Source: an uncultured delta proteobacterium
GTDB taxonomy: Bacteria; Bdellovibrionota; FAC87; UBA2466
Assembly (NCBI GenBank): GCA_963778115.1
Contig: CAVZSV010000004.1
Location: forward strand, 224,001-288,000
Direction: 5' to 3'
Length of the DNA stretch: 64,000 bases
Positions 51,831 to 61,043 of the stretch are shown here, piece after piece (the stretch's first letter is position 1; the number at the start of each line of letters is the position of its first letter). The notes beneath the pieces were generated by a model that worked only from the letters and a program-made list of their open reading frames with translations, ran no database searches and was not told the DNA's origin. The position numbers and the translations under genes were made by a program.

Positions 51831-52286
51831 ATGTCTCGCGCAACGGGGTTACTGGCTATGGCACTGGCACTCCTGTGCCGTCCCTCTCTGGCTACACTGG
51901 GAAAATCGGACACTACCATAGAAAGCGATCGCATCTCGATGGTGGGCCAACGCAACACCACTATTCAAAGAACAAATTTTACGATCACTGAGATCGCAAA
52001 CAAAACGCTAACGATGCGTGAATATGCTTCGGCGGAGGGAACGGTATTTTGTCTTAAATGGAAGGGTTTACACCATCCCGATCTAAGCAAATGGCTTGGA
52101 GACTACCACAGCGATTTTGTCGCAGCCCAAAAAAGGACCACTAAACAACGAGGAAGCCGAGGATTCTCTTCGGTGCAAGGCAACGACGTCATCGTCCAAA
52201 GATATGGGCACATGGGAGCCGTTCAAGGCACTGCCTGTGTATCGGCCCTTTTTCCAGCGGGGGTTACATCCCATGATATTCAATAA
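51831..52286 (+). CDS. DUF2844-like secreted protein
   Basis: Signal peptide then TLG; MREY...GTVF...WKG...PDL..LG.Y; GHMG; paired with the DUF3443-like gene. Confidence 0.75.
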   Translation: MSRATGLLAMALALLCRPSLATLGKSDTTIESDRISMVGQRNTTIQRTNFTITEIANKTLTMREYASAEGTVFCLKWKGLHHPDLSKWLGDYHSDFVAAQKRTTKQRGSRGFSSVQGNDVIVQRYGHMGAVQGTACVSALFPAGVTSHDIQ

Positions 52287-53583
52287 GACATTCGCCGCTC
52301 TGAACGGCGCCATCCTGATTTTTCTGCTTTCTGGTTGCAACCTTTTTAATGTCACTACAACTACCGGCGGCGGAAGTAACACCGGAAATACCCGTACGAG
52401 CACGACAAGTAGTACCGTGGGATTAAATATAATGACGGTGACGGTGAATGGTTCGCTTTGTGATCCCAACAACCAATACTCTAATCAGCCGTGCACTAGT
52501 GTCACAATCTGCCAGCCTGGGACTACTAACTGCCAAACGATAAACAATATTTTGCTCGATACGGGAAGTTACGGCCTTCGTATCTTTCAATCCGCCATTA
52601 CCGTTGCTCTGACACCGGTGACAAGTGGGTCGGGAACACTTGCAGAGTGTGCCGGATTCGGCGACGGCTCCAGCGAATGGGGAATGGTCGAAATGGCCGG
52701 CGTTCAATTAGGCGCCGAGCCTGTAGTCAATGTTCCTATCGAAGTCGTGAACTACCAATATGCGACACCGCCAGCCGTCTGCTCTTCTTCAGAAAGCACT
52801 CCCGATACGGGAGAATCTGAAACCGGCTACAACGGAATCTTAGGCGTCGGACAGTGGGCCCAAGACTGCGGACCCAGTACGGATGGTTCAGGAAATAACG
52901 ATTGCGTCACCGATGCGAGTAACGAACAGTACTATATTTGTACGGGATATAACTGCGTTCCCGGTACCGCCAGTATGGCCGATCAGGTAACCAATCCCGT
53001 CACCTTCCTCCCTTATGACAATAATGGAGTTGTCTTGACTTTACCCGCGGTCCCTCAATGGGGAGCGGCATCTCTCGATGGAACGTTGCTGTTAGGAGTG
53101 GGAACCCAATCCAACAACACGCCTTCGGGAGTCACGACCTATACCGCAACTGAAGACTCCTCTTTTAGCACGATCTTTAGCGCATTTAGTTCAAGCCCTG
53201 TGGTAAGTTTCATCGATAGCGGATCTAATATGATTTTCCATCCCGCGATCTCGGCCCTGCCGGATTGTGGGAATACTTACGGTACGGATTATACGGGACT
53301 GGACTGCCCGTATTACATTCAAAACTTAACGGCCACGAACTATGGGCAAAACGGAATGAGTGGGTCTATAGCGTTCTCCATCGGCAATGACTACTCGATA
53401 TTAAATTACAGCGCTTACTACGTTTCGCCTATGCTGGGAGGCAATACCGGCACCGGTTCTCAAGCAAGTACCGATCCAGCTTACTTCGACTGGGGGCTAC
53501 CGTTTTTCTTCGGCCGATCGGTCTATGTAGGCTTCGTTAATAGCAGCTCGACACTGGCGAACGGTCCTTATTGGGCTTATTAA
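52273..53583 (+). CDS. DUF3443-like lipoprotein with pepsin-like aspartic protease motifs
   Basis: Lipobox LSGC; SVTICQPGT, LLDTGSYGLRI, NGILGVG, FIDSGSN, FDWGLPFFFGR. Confidence 0.8.
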   Translation: MIFNKTFAALNGAILIFLLSGCNLFNVTTTTGGGSNTGNTRTSTTSSTVGLNIMTVTVNGSLCDPNNQYSNQPCTSVTICQPGTTNCQTINNILLDTGSYGLRIFQSAITVALTPVTSGSGTLAECAGFGDGSSEWGMVEMAGVQLGAEPVVNVPIEVVNYQYATPPAVCSSSESTPDTGESETGYNGILGVGQWAQDCGPSTDGSGNNDCVTDASNEQYYICTGYNCVPGTASMADQVTNPVTFLPYDNNGVVLTLPAVPQWGAASLDGTLLLGVGTQSNNTPSGVTTYTATEDSSFSTIFSAFSSSPVVSFIDSGSNMIFHPAISALPDCGNTYGTDYTGLDCPYYIQNLTATNYGQNGMSGSIAFSIGNDYSILNYSAYYVSPMLGGNTGTGSQASTDPAYFDWGLPFFFGRSVYVGFVNSSSTLANGPYWAY

Positions 53584-53620
53584 CGATCAAAGATTAACCT
53601 TATCCCTGCCTTTGACCTAG

Positions 53621-55717
53621 CTAATCCAAAGCTCGCGTAAGTGACTGGGCCGAAGGTTGCTCTTTCATTACAATGGGAATCAACGGCACCATCGTCTTAG
53701 GCAACAGCCGAACCCGCAGAGAGATACACCGCTCTTTTGCGACAGGATCGTCGAATCGGCTCGTTACCAAAACGCTATAGGGAGCTATCTGTAACGCCTC
53801 AATAATATCCAAACCCGTTTGTGGAGATCCAATGAGTTCGTAGTCCATTAAATAAATGACATTTTCAAGAGACTTGTGTTTCTCCTGCCACGTACGAACT
53901 TGAACGGCGTTTGAGAAATGTTCAATTCTCACTCCGAATTCCGCTTCAAAGCTTTCTAGCCGCATCTGCCAAATCTCGTGAATGCTGCTCTCGTCGTCGA
54001 CGACAACGATCGTGGTCTGAGGTGTTAAGACCAATCGGGCAAAGAACCAATCGGGAGGAGTTACCCTCGGTAAGTGAATCGTGATACTTGTCCCCTTTCC
54101 TACTTCCGACTCTACTTCGAGCTGGCCGCCCCATTTTTCAACACTAGTCTTGGCATGATGGAGCCCAAGGCCAGTTCCATCGCTTTTGCCCCAAGTAGCA
54201 CCCCGAAGTCCTAGTTTGGCGATTAGTTCTGGGGCCATCCCTTTCCCGGTGTCGCGAATGACTACCGATACCCTATGATCATCACTTCCCACCGACACTT
54301 CTACCTCTCCGGTCTCGGGAATAGCCTCGACAGCATTATTAATCACATTAGAGAGCATCCGATTAAATTCAATCGGATCGACACGAGCAAATAATCCGTA
54401 ACTCATGGAGAGATCAGCGCGAAGCTGAATACCATAGCGGTTGCTTATTTGTTGTCGCTTCTCGCTCACCATGGAGTCCACGAGAGTAGAAACTAATTCT
54501 AATCCGACACCACTGGGAGCTTGAATGTCAGCTTCAACCAGCCGACTTTCCCGATAGCGGCTTAACAATCCGTTTGCGATATCTCGAATCCGGTTAACAG
54601 CAAGACGTATCACCGTACGTTCCTTCTCGGGAACGGCCGTAAGGTTTGCCGTAACCATGCTAAGAGCTGTCAATGGAGAACGAATGTCGTGAGCGACCTG
54701 ACTAGCCAAATCGGCCAACTCCTCTTGTCTTTTCGCGCGAGCTTCTAAATCGGACTGTTCTAAAATTTTCTGGGAATAAGCCGAGAGGGTTTCAGCAAGT
54801 TTTCCAAAAGCACCCGCGATTAAATTATTCTCGCGAATGACGGAACGCTTGGCGGTAAAGGCGCCTAACTCACCACGTGCAAGTTGTGCAGTATATTTCT
54901 CCGCACTCTTGATTACCGATGAGAATCCTCGCATGAAACCCAAATCAAGGAGCAGGTAAAACAATAGCCATAAGGCCAAAACCCCCAGTACGGAGGAGAC
55001 AAGCAATGTGGAGGTGAGGATTCTAGCGAAAGCATCTCCTTTAGAGTCTTTCAATCGAATGGAAGCATAGAGGGGAGGAGAATTCTCCTCATGAAAGATA
55101 GGAAGTTTGGTACCCGTACTCTCCAATCCCTCTTTTTTTTCCCCCCAATTGATATCGATATCCGCGTTTAGCATCTTAGAAAGGCGAGTCTCGGCAACGC
55201 TGTCCAAGAGGTAACCCAAGACCAGTCCCCCAACCGTCGTGTCGTACAACTTTAGCGGTGAATAGGAAAGTAACAAAGGGCGGCCATTATAGGAGACGAC
55301 CTCGATCCCTTCTCGGCCTTGCTCGAAAATAGGCTCCACCAAAGACGGACTGAGCGTCATTCCCGGCGTAAACAACGGAGTTCCTTTTCGAGAGATAATA
55401 TCAACGACTTGAAAATCGATCCCTTTCTTAATGGTTTCTAATTTCCTCTGAATTAGATCTAAGTCGCCACTTTCCGTGGCAAGCACATAGGTTCCCGACA
55501 GATCGTTATCCGCTCTAAGAATCTTGCTGAAGTTTCCCAGTTCCACTCGAGTATTTTCGAGCGAAGAGCGCAGAATCTGACCGATGTACTCCACTTGGGT
55601 CTCTTGCAGTTCGCCAAACCCTTTACGGATCGTTTGGCGCAAATGCCATACAAAAAACGCCATGACCAAGCCGACGACAACCGTGGAGAAAAGGGCAACG
55701 TACGTACGAATCCTCAT
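53621..55717 (-). CDS. Membrane sensor histidine kinase with periplasmic domain and C-terminal receiver-like domain
   Basis: Two TM segments around an approximately 200-aa periplasmic region; H-box QVAHDIRSPL, NNAVEA, DTGKG, GTGLGL; VVVDDE...LMDYEL. Confidence 0.92.
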   Translation of the reverse strand: MRIRTYVALFSTVVVGLVMAFFVWHLRQTIRKGFGELQETQVEYIGQILRSSLENTRVELGNFSKILRADNDLSGTYVLATESGDLDLIQRKLETIKKGIDFQVVDIISRKGTPLFTPGMTLSPSLVEPIFEQGREGIEVVSYNGRPLLLSYSPLKLYDTTVGGLVLGYLLDSVAETRLSKMLNADIDINWGEKKEGLESTGTKLPIFHEENSPPLYASIRLKDSKGDAFARILTSTLLVSSVLGVLALWLLFYLLLDLGFMRGFSSVIKSAEKYTAQLARGELGAFTAKRSVIRENNLIAGAFGKLAETLSAYSQKILEQSDLEARAKRQEELADLASQVAHDIRSPLTALSMVTANLTAVPEKERTVIRLAVNRIRDIANGLLSRYRESRLVEADIQAPSGVGLELVSTLVDSMVSEKRQQISNRYGIQLRADLSMSYGLFARVDPIEFNRMLSNVINNAVEAIPETGEVEVSVGSDDHRVSVVIRDTGKGMAPELIAKLGLRGATWGKSDGTGLGLHHAKTSVEKWGGQLEVESEVGKGTSITIHLPRVTPPDWFFARLVLTPQTTIVVVDDESSIHEIWQMRLESFEAEFGVRIEHFSNAVQVRTWQEKHKSLENVIYLMDYELIGSPQTGLDIIEALQIAPYSVLVTSRFDDPVAKERCISLRVRLLPKTMVPLIPIVMKEQPSAQSLTRALD

Positions 55718-56766
55718 GAGGGTCTACCCCACATCAGCTTTAAAACGGAATCATCAAAGACGTCACTGGACTTTACGTCCAAGTCCATCGGAATCAGTCC
55801 GTATCGCTTGGAGACTTCTAAACTCTGTCGCCATTTCAGATGGGACATGTAGCCAATCCGAGTAAGCCCGACCCCTTCAAGCAGATACCGCTGACGGAGC
55901 CTCACTTCGAGAAGCTGCTGTTTGAACGTCAGCTCCCTCGAGCCGTTGATCCAATGGTCCTTGGGATAGTACTTATCAATCACAAGCTTCGTGTAAAAAA
56001 CAGGATCCCGGTAAACTTCACGCCATCCGTCGAAGGTCACTTTAAGAAATTTTGCCAGTAGCGCTCGGTGCTTTCGAATATAGGACTCTTCAGCGAAGAA
56101 GCTCGTTCCATAATAATGAAAACCGTTCTGATTACCGGGAAATACGCGGACTTCGTACCCCAAAAGCGCAAAGGTAATCGTCCAATTGAACTCCCACGCG
56201 ATAATCCCATCCACAGCGCCGCTTCTTAGCAGGTCAACCAGTTCGGACTCGTTAAAGGTAGAAACCGGTTTGAACGTCACATCCGAGAAAGAGAGTCCGG
56301 CATGGCCCAGCATCACGCGAAACATGTCGTATTCTTGCGGAGCTAATACCCCCAGAGTTTTTCCCTTTAGATCTTTAATCGATTTAATATTAGAATTTTT
56401 GCCGACGACGATACAATTGGGATTGAGTTGGTATTGAGCCGCAAACGCCTTCACACGAGGCTTTCGCCCTGCCCATCGAACTAGGTCATGCGCGGAATGC
56501 ATTCCGATATCAGCATCCCCGCGAAGCACATTGGGAATGATTTCAAGGCCGTGAAAAACCATCCGCAAATCGATTCCTGCTTCCTTATACCATCCGCGCT
56601 TTTGCGCCGCGTACATCCCAGCAAACTCCACGTTGGGAAACCAATCCAAATAAACGCGTAATCTCTCAAGACGTTTGGCTTGGGCTGTCGTTGACACCGT
56701 AGCCAGGACGGCCCACAAAACAAAAATCCCGAGTCCCAATCGACTTTTAAAATTCCCTGTTACCAT
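55714..56766 (-). CDS. NMT1/THI5-like periplasmic substrate-binding protein
   Basis: LDWFPNVEFAGMYAAQKRGWYKEAGID, SIKDLKGKTLG; signal peptide ending AQA. Confidence 0.88.
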   Translation of the reverse strand: MVTGNFKSRLGLGIFVLWAVLATVSTTAQAKRLERLRVYLDWFPNVEFAGMYAAQKRGWYKEAGIDLRMVFHGLEIIPNVLRGDADIGMHSAHDLVRWAGRKPRVKAFAAQYQLNPNCIVVGKNSNIKSIKDLKGKTLGVLAPQEYDMFRVMLGHAGLSFSDVTFKPVSTFNESELVDLLRSGAVDGIIAWEFNWTITFALLGYEVRVFPGNQNGFHYYGTSFFAEESYIRKHRALLAKFLKVTFDGWREVYRDPVFYTKLVIDKYYPKDHWINGSRELTFKQQLLEVRLRQRYLLEGVGLTRIGYMSHLKWRQSLEVSKRYGLIPMDLDVKSSDVFDDSVLKLMWGRPS

Positions 56767-57599
56767 TGGATGACAAACGCTCCCACGGTTACCAAACCTG
56801 CGGCGGTCAAACGCCACGCGGGATTGTCCGACTCTGCTAAATACTTAAAGCCAAGCAGGGTAATAACCACCAAATTGAGCTGAAACAAGGGGAAAACTAG
56901 CGAAATAGGTGCTACTCCCAGAGCGCGAATCAAAGCATAATAAAAAAGGCCTGCTAAGAGCCCCACAAAAACATTTCCGAAACGGATGTTTCGCGAAAAA
57001 GCCAGGATATCGGGCAGACGGCCATTTTGCTGAAGTACCGATAAAAGAAACGGCAAGCCGAACCCTATTAAGGCAATCAAACCCGGATCGACCCGGCTAC
57101 TTAGATACTTATCCGTCAACATCGCCGCCGCGGCAAAAATGGTGCAAATAACCTTGTAAAAGACTCCAATGCTTCGAAAAGACGATACTCCTCGCCTGGT
57201 TCCCAAGCCGGCTAGGATAAGAACAATCCCCAGTGCCTTGTGCCAGCTTATCCCTTCACCGAAGAGTAATACCCCTCCCACGCAAACCAGAATCAACTGA
57301 ACCTGGGCGAGTAAACTGGTTAAGCTAACTTCGATGTGCTGATCGGCTTTAAGGCTAAAAAGACAGCTGATAAACCAGAGGCCTCCCGATAAAGCTAGAA
57401 GCCCCATCAATTCTGCAGAGAGAGAGAGAGCCCCTCTATAATGAGTCACCCCAAGCGCTATTAAGACGGCTCCAAAGCTATAGCCCGCCATAAACTCGCG
57501 GTGATTTTGGGTACCTGCCAGAAAGTATCGAGTCAAAACCCGCTCGACAGAAGTAGCGCCGATCGCAAGGGTCAGCCAGCCTACCAGTTCCCAATTCAT
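56760..57599 (-). CDS. EamA/DMT family transporter
   Basis: About 10 TM segments, LLFGEGISWHKALGIVLIL, PISLVFPLFQL, YLAE. Confidence 0.85.
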   Translation of the reverse strand: MNWELVGWLTLAIGATSVERVLTRYFLAGTQNHREFMAGYSFGAVLIALGVTHYRGALSLSAELMGLLALSGGLWFISCLFSLKADQHIEVSLTSLLAQVQLILVCVGGVLLFGEGISWHKALGIVLILAGLGTRRGVSSFRSIGVFYKVICTIFAAAAMLTDKYLSSRVDPGLIALIGFGLPFLLSVLQQNGRLPDILAFSRNIRFGNVFVGLLAGLFYYALIRALGVAPISLVFPLFQLNLVVITLLGFKYLAESDNPAWRLTAAGLVTVGAFVIQW

Positions 57600-58279
57600 A
57601 CGCGCCTCGGTTTTCGCGCGACGATCGAATACAGGCAGGGTAACCCTCGATACCGCTCGTACTTAGCCAGTTTCAGCGGAATGCCTTCATCAAAAACCAT
57701 CCGTTCAAAATCAAGGATCTCAAGTCCCGCCTTTTCGGCTGCTTTCTTTACCGCGGTTAGCGTATGAACGTGAAAATTTACGGACACTGTCTTGTCTTCA
57801 AGGTCGAAGTTGGGACTCGAGCCTCGTTTTAGTAACTCTTCCGACGCGTCCACTAAATAAAGAACTCCACTTTCGTCGAGATTGGTCACTATCTTTGAGA
57901 AAAACAGATCCAGATCGGAAAAGTGCATGAGCGCAAGGGAACAGTTGATAAAATCGAAACGATCCTTGAGAACTTTCTTAAGGAAGTCACCGCAGACAAG
58001 TTTAGTCCTTTGATTGCTGCGTTTCTTTCGAGCGGCGGCAAGCATTCCCTTAGAGACATCTAAACCAACCACACTGGTAAAGCGTTTCTCTAGAATATTT
58101 AAGTGCCTGCCCGTTCCACACCCTAAATCAAGGGCTTTCTGGCGCTTTTCCACATACTCAGTAATGGTACGATCTCGTTTTATCTGATTGAGACGTTCAA
58201 AATCGACGAGGAAATTTTTTTCGCGATCGTAAGTGCAAGCCCAAAGATCGTAACCCCTAGCGATAGGATAAAGAGTCAT
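57596..58279 (-). CDS. Class I SAM-dependent methyltransferase
   Basis: GYDLWACTYD, ALDLGCGTGR, GLDVSKGML, FDFINCSLALMH. Confidence 0.9.
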   Translation of the reverse strand: MTLYPIARGYDLWACTYDREKNFLVDFERLNQIKRDRTITEYVEKRQKALDLGCGTGRHLNILEKRFTSVVGLDVSKGMLAAARKKRSNQRTKLVCGDFLKKVLKDRFDFINCSLALMHFSDLDLFFSKIVTNLDESGVLYLVDASEELLKRGSSPNFDLEDKTVSVNFHVHTLTAVKKAAEKAGLEILDFERMVFDEGIPLKLAKYERYRGLPCLYSIVARKPRRV

Positions 58280-59001
58280 TGTCTTCTTTTCCCTTCACCA
58301 GTCAAAGCTCTCAAAGCACCTTCGAAACACTTTGCCATCGAAGCAGCGAGTCGCTCGGGAGTGGGATCGTAGCTGTCCCCGTGTTTTTGGAGAGGCGTTC
58401 CATCGAGAACCAAACAGGCGGCCGATTTCACTCCTCTAAGACTCGCCGTAACAAATAAAGTGGCGCACTCCATCTCGACAGCAATCACGCCGGCACTCTG
58501 ATAAAACTCCAATGAGGTGGGAAGCTTGCCCGGGTAAAACAAGTCGGTCGAAAGTATAATTCCCGAGGATACCTTGGATGATAATTCGAGCTGAGAGATG
58601 AGATCTTGAGTCACCCCCAGAGAAGGGACTGCCGGATACTCCGTGGGAACCATAAGGCAAGACACACCGTCTTTTCGAACAGCCGCGGTAGGAACTACAA
58701 TATCGCCAATTCCAGTCTTGCCGCCTAAGCCTCCCGCCGTGCCTACGCGAATGATGGTTTTTGCTCCCGCATCGATGAGTTCCTGAAAACAGATCGCCGC
58801 CCCCGCACTCCCGACGCCGTGGGAGGTAATCAAAATGTCTTTGCCTAAAAATTTTCCCAAAAAAGAATGGTACTCTCGATTTTTCGCAATGGGGGAAGCT
58901 TCATCTAGTTGAGAAGCAAACCACGCCGCTCTTTCCGGAGATCCACAGACCACGACATTTCGGTTTTTTTCCGAAAAGGGAATTTGGAGATGGGTTTTCA
59001 C
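58276..59001 (-). CDS. Nucleoside phosphorylase (PNP/UDP family 1)
   Basis: CGSPERA, NREY, SHGVG, IIRVGTAG, AVEMECA. Confidence 0.92.
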   Translation of the reverse strand: MKTHLQIPFSEKNRNVVVCGSPERAAWFASQLDEASPIAKNREYHSFLGKFLGKDILITSHGVGSAGAAICFQELIDAGAKTIIRVGTAGGLGGKTGIGDIVVPTAAVRKDGVSCLMVPTEYPAVPSLGVTQDLISQLELSSKVSSGIILSTDLFYPGKLPTSLEFYQSAGVIAVEMECATLFVTASLRGVKSAACLVLDGTPLQKHGDSYDPTPERLAASMAKCFEGALRALTGEGKRRQ

Positions 59002-59678
59002 GAAGTGTGCTCCGTACCGACCGCGTGGGAATCGCTAGCCCCAACCCTTGTCCGGCCCGCAAAGCCCGCTCTTTTCGAATTTCGAAAGACCCCCAGATCC
59101 GCAATCTTTTTGAAGATGGTGCTCTTGGCTAAACCAATCTTACAAGCAACCCGAATAGCATCGTCGTCATAAAGTTCAAGGGCGGCTTCCAAATAAGCTT
59201 TCTCGGATTTTCTAAGGAAAGTGGCATAGCCTTCTGGGCTTAACTCTTCGACCTGTTTCGGCAGAAAAACGTCCGCTTGATTTTGCGAGCAGATATCTTT
59301 GAGCCGAAAATTTGCATGGCTCATGGCAACCGGGATCCTGACCATAAGATCGGGAATCAAGTTGTCGGATTTGACGATGTAGTCGTCAGCACCGGCAGCG
59401 ATGCATTTGTTGACGGCGTTAAAATCGCTGTCGCCGGTCATAATGATGACAGCAGCGTGGGGGCAAATTTCCCTAACAAGCGGGATAAGCGTAATTCCGT
59501 TCCCGTCGGGGAGCCCTTTATCGAGAAGAACCACTTGGACGGAGGAGTTTAATTTTTCCTTGGCCTCTTTGAGATTGGCTGCCAACTCCACTTCATTTTG
59601 AACGCCTAATAGGAGGCGTATCGCCCCCTGAAGAGAGATATCGTCTTCCACGACTAAAATTCTCAGACCTAAGGCCAT
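58998..59678 (-). CDS. Response regulator with Fis-type HTH and no AAA+ domain
   Basis: ILVVEDD, LLDKGLPDG, MTG, YIVK; SEKAYLEAALE...ACKIGLAKSTIFKKI. Confidence 0.88.
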   Translation of the reverse strand: MALGLRILVVEDDISLQGAIRLLLGVQNEVELAANLKEAKEKLNSSVQVVLLDKGLPDGNGITLIPLVREICPHAAVIIMTGDSDFNAVNKCIAAGADDYIVKSDNLIPDLMVRIPVAMSHANFRLKDICSQNQADVFLPKQVEELSPEGYATFLRKSEKAYLEAALELYDDDAIRVACKIGLAKSTIFKKIADLGVFRNSKRAGFAGRTRVGASDSHAVGTEHTS

Positions 59679-59688
59679 AATGCGACGT

Positions 59689-59749
59689 GTTATAGCATGT
59701 AATTTCGACCATGGTCCATTTTTTTGTACTACAGGCTATATTTATGGAC
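59689..59749 (-). promoter_or_regulatory. Promoter region of the six-gene operon: extended -10 plus two imperfect palindromic boxes
   Basis: Minus-strand TGcTATAAC at 59697-59689; plus-strand boxes GTCCATTTTTTTGTAC (59714-29) and GGCTATATTTATGGAC (59734-49). Confidence 0.5.
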
Positions 59750-59770
59750 TTCCCTATAAATTAGGCGGGG

Positions 59771-60577
59771 TTAGACATCCAGGGTGAGGCAGAAGATTTG
59801 AGCAAAAAGACTAGCTCCAAAGAAGTAGACGTTTAGGGCAAACGCCCCCATTCCGTGAATTCCAAAGACCAGCACCACGGCAACAACGCGGAGGAGTTTA
59901 CGACTTTGCGGCAGATAGATCCAAGCCACCAAGACCATGGGAAGAATGGTCTCCACCACAATGGTCATCCACGCCAAGATCGCATTACCGTGAAGGCCTG
60001 AAATCCAGCTCTTATAAAAGGCGGGATAATACCAGGATAACGCGGTCGCTAGATAATTTTGCCGTACGTAAAGGTCTCCTCCGGATAAAAAGGACGGATT
60101 CAATTTCATGAAGGCGCTGGAGAGATAGATCCAAGCGGTTTGAAAAATCAGAAGATTCCGTGGCCACTGAAGCCCGAGCTTGGTCGACGGATTAGGATCT
60201 TTGCCTAAATTCTCGGTATCACATTGAGTGAGGATTAACGTGACCGCACAGTAGTAAAGGTAATCATTGATAGGGTAATGCCACGCCTCTATAAGTCTCG
60301 CCGCAAATGCAAAAAGAAAAAACCAACGGGACTGCCAGCCGATAAGTAGCGCAATTCCAGAAACGATGAGTATGCCCTGACAAATGGTCAAGGAGTCGTG
60401 AAAAGAAGGCGCACCGATACTCCACAAGTAAATCTCCGTACGGTGAAAACAGATATCGATAATGTCGTACGTGAGCCAAACAGCCGCAAAGGCCCTGCGA
60501 AAATAGGTCAGAGATCTCCTGGGGCAAGTAGCCTCAGACCACGCCGCAAGCCTTTTATAGACAAGCCAGTTCGTCAT
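59771..60577 (-). CDS. HTTM-like membrane protein
   Basis: Multi-TM; LLIFQTAWIYLSSAFMKLNPSFLSG, VVET, FGIH patterns typical of HTTM-domain proteins. Confidence 0.65.
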   Translation of the reverse strand: MTNWLVYKRLAAWSEATCPRRSLTYFRRAFAAVWLTYDIIDICFHRTEIYLWSIGAPSFHDSLTICQGILIVSGIALLIGWQSRWFFLFAFAARLIEAWHYPINDYLYYCAVTLILTQCDTENLGKDPNPSTKLGLQWPRNLLIFQTAWIYLSSAFMKLNPSFLSGGDLYVRQNYLATALSWYYPAFYKSWISGLHGNAILAWMTIVVETILPMVLVAWIYLPQSRKLLRVVAVVLVFGIHGMGAFALNVYFFGASLFAQIFCLTLDV

Positions 60578-60974
60578 CTATTTCAGTTCCCTTGGGTACA
60601 AAACACCGCAGTCGAATGCGACTGCCGTTATGGGGTCCTCCCATTCCGCATAGCCATTGCGCGACTCCGCGGTATTGGTCGATATGATCGTAAATAATGT
60701 CGAATTCCATTGTCGTTCCAAACTGCCGCAGCGAAGACAATGCCCCTAGAGGCCCTTGCAATGGTGGGTCCCAGGTGACGCCACAGCGTTCAACGCGGTT
60801 ACTGAACATGTCCCAAGAAAAAGGAACTCGAACCGGGTCATGCACAAAAGGGCTAAAGCCCATTTTGAATTGAAAGATAATCGCAAATAACTGAGGAACC
60901 CCAACCAACAGTAAAAACCCCACCAGATAGAAGGGAGAATTCCTCCGAAAGTATTTTGCGGGTGAAAATTTCAT
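60555..60974 (-). CDS. Small membrane-anchored partner of the HTTM-like protein
   Basis: One TM segment, FSWDMFS motif, three Cys plus a C-terminal Cys; overlaps the HTTM-like gene start. Confidence 0.6.
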   Translation of the reverse strand: MKFSPAKYFRRNSPFYLVGFLLLVGVPQLFAIIFQFKMGFSPFVHDPVRVPFSWDMFSNRVERCGVTWDPPLQGPLGALSSLRQFGTTMEFDIIYDHIDQYRGVAQWLCGMGGPHNGSRIRLRCFVPKGTEIDDELACL

Positions 60975-61043
60975 GGAATGATCTATATCTTACCGCAGGA
61001 ACCGATCCTTCCACCAGGTGATTAGATGAGATATCATAGGGGC

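Noticed and set aside
55714..56766. Thiamine-precursor ABC importer (ThiXYZ-like)
   Set aside because: No permease, ATPase, thi genes or recognisable TPP riboswitch nearby; the gene is coupled to a kinase.
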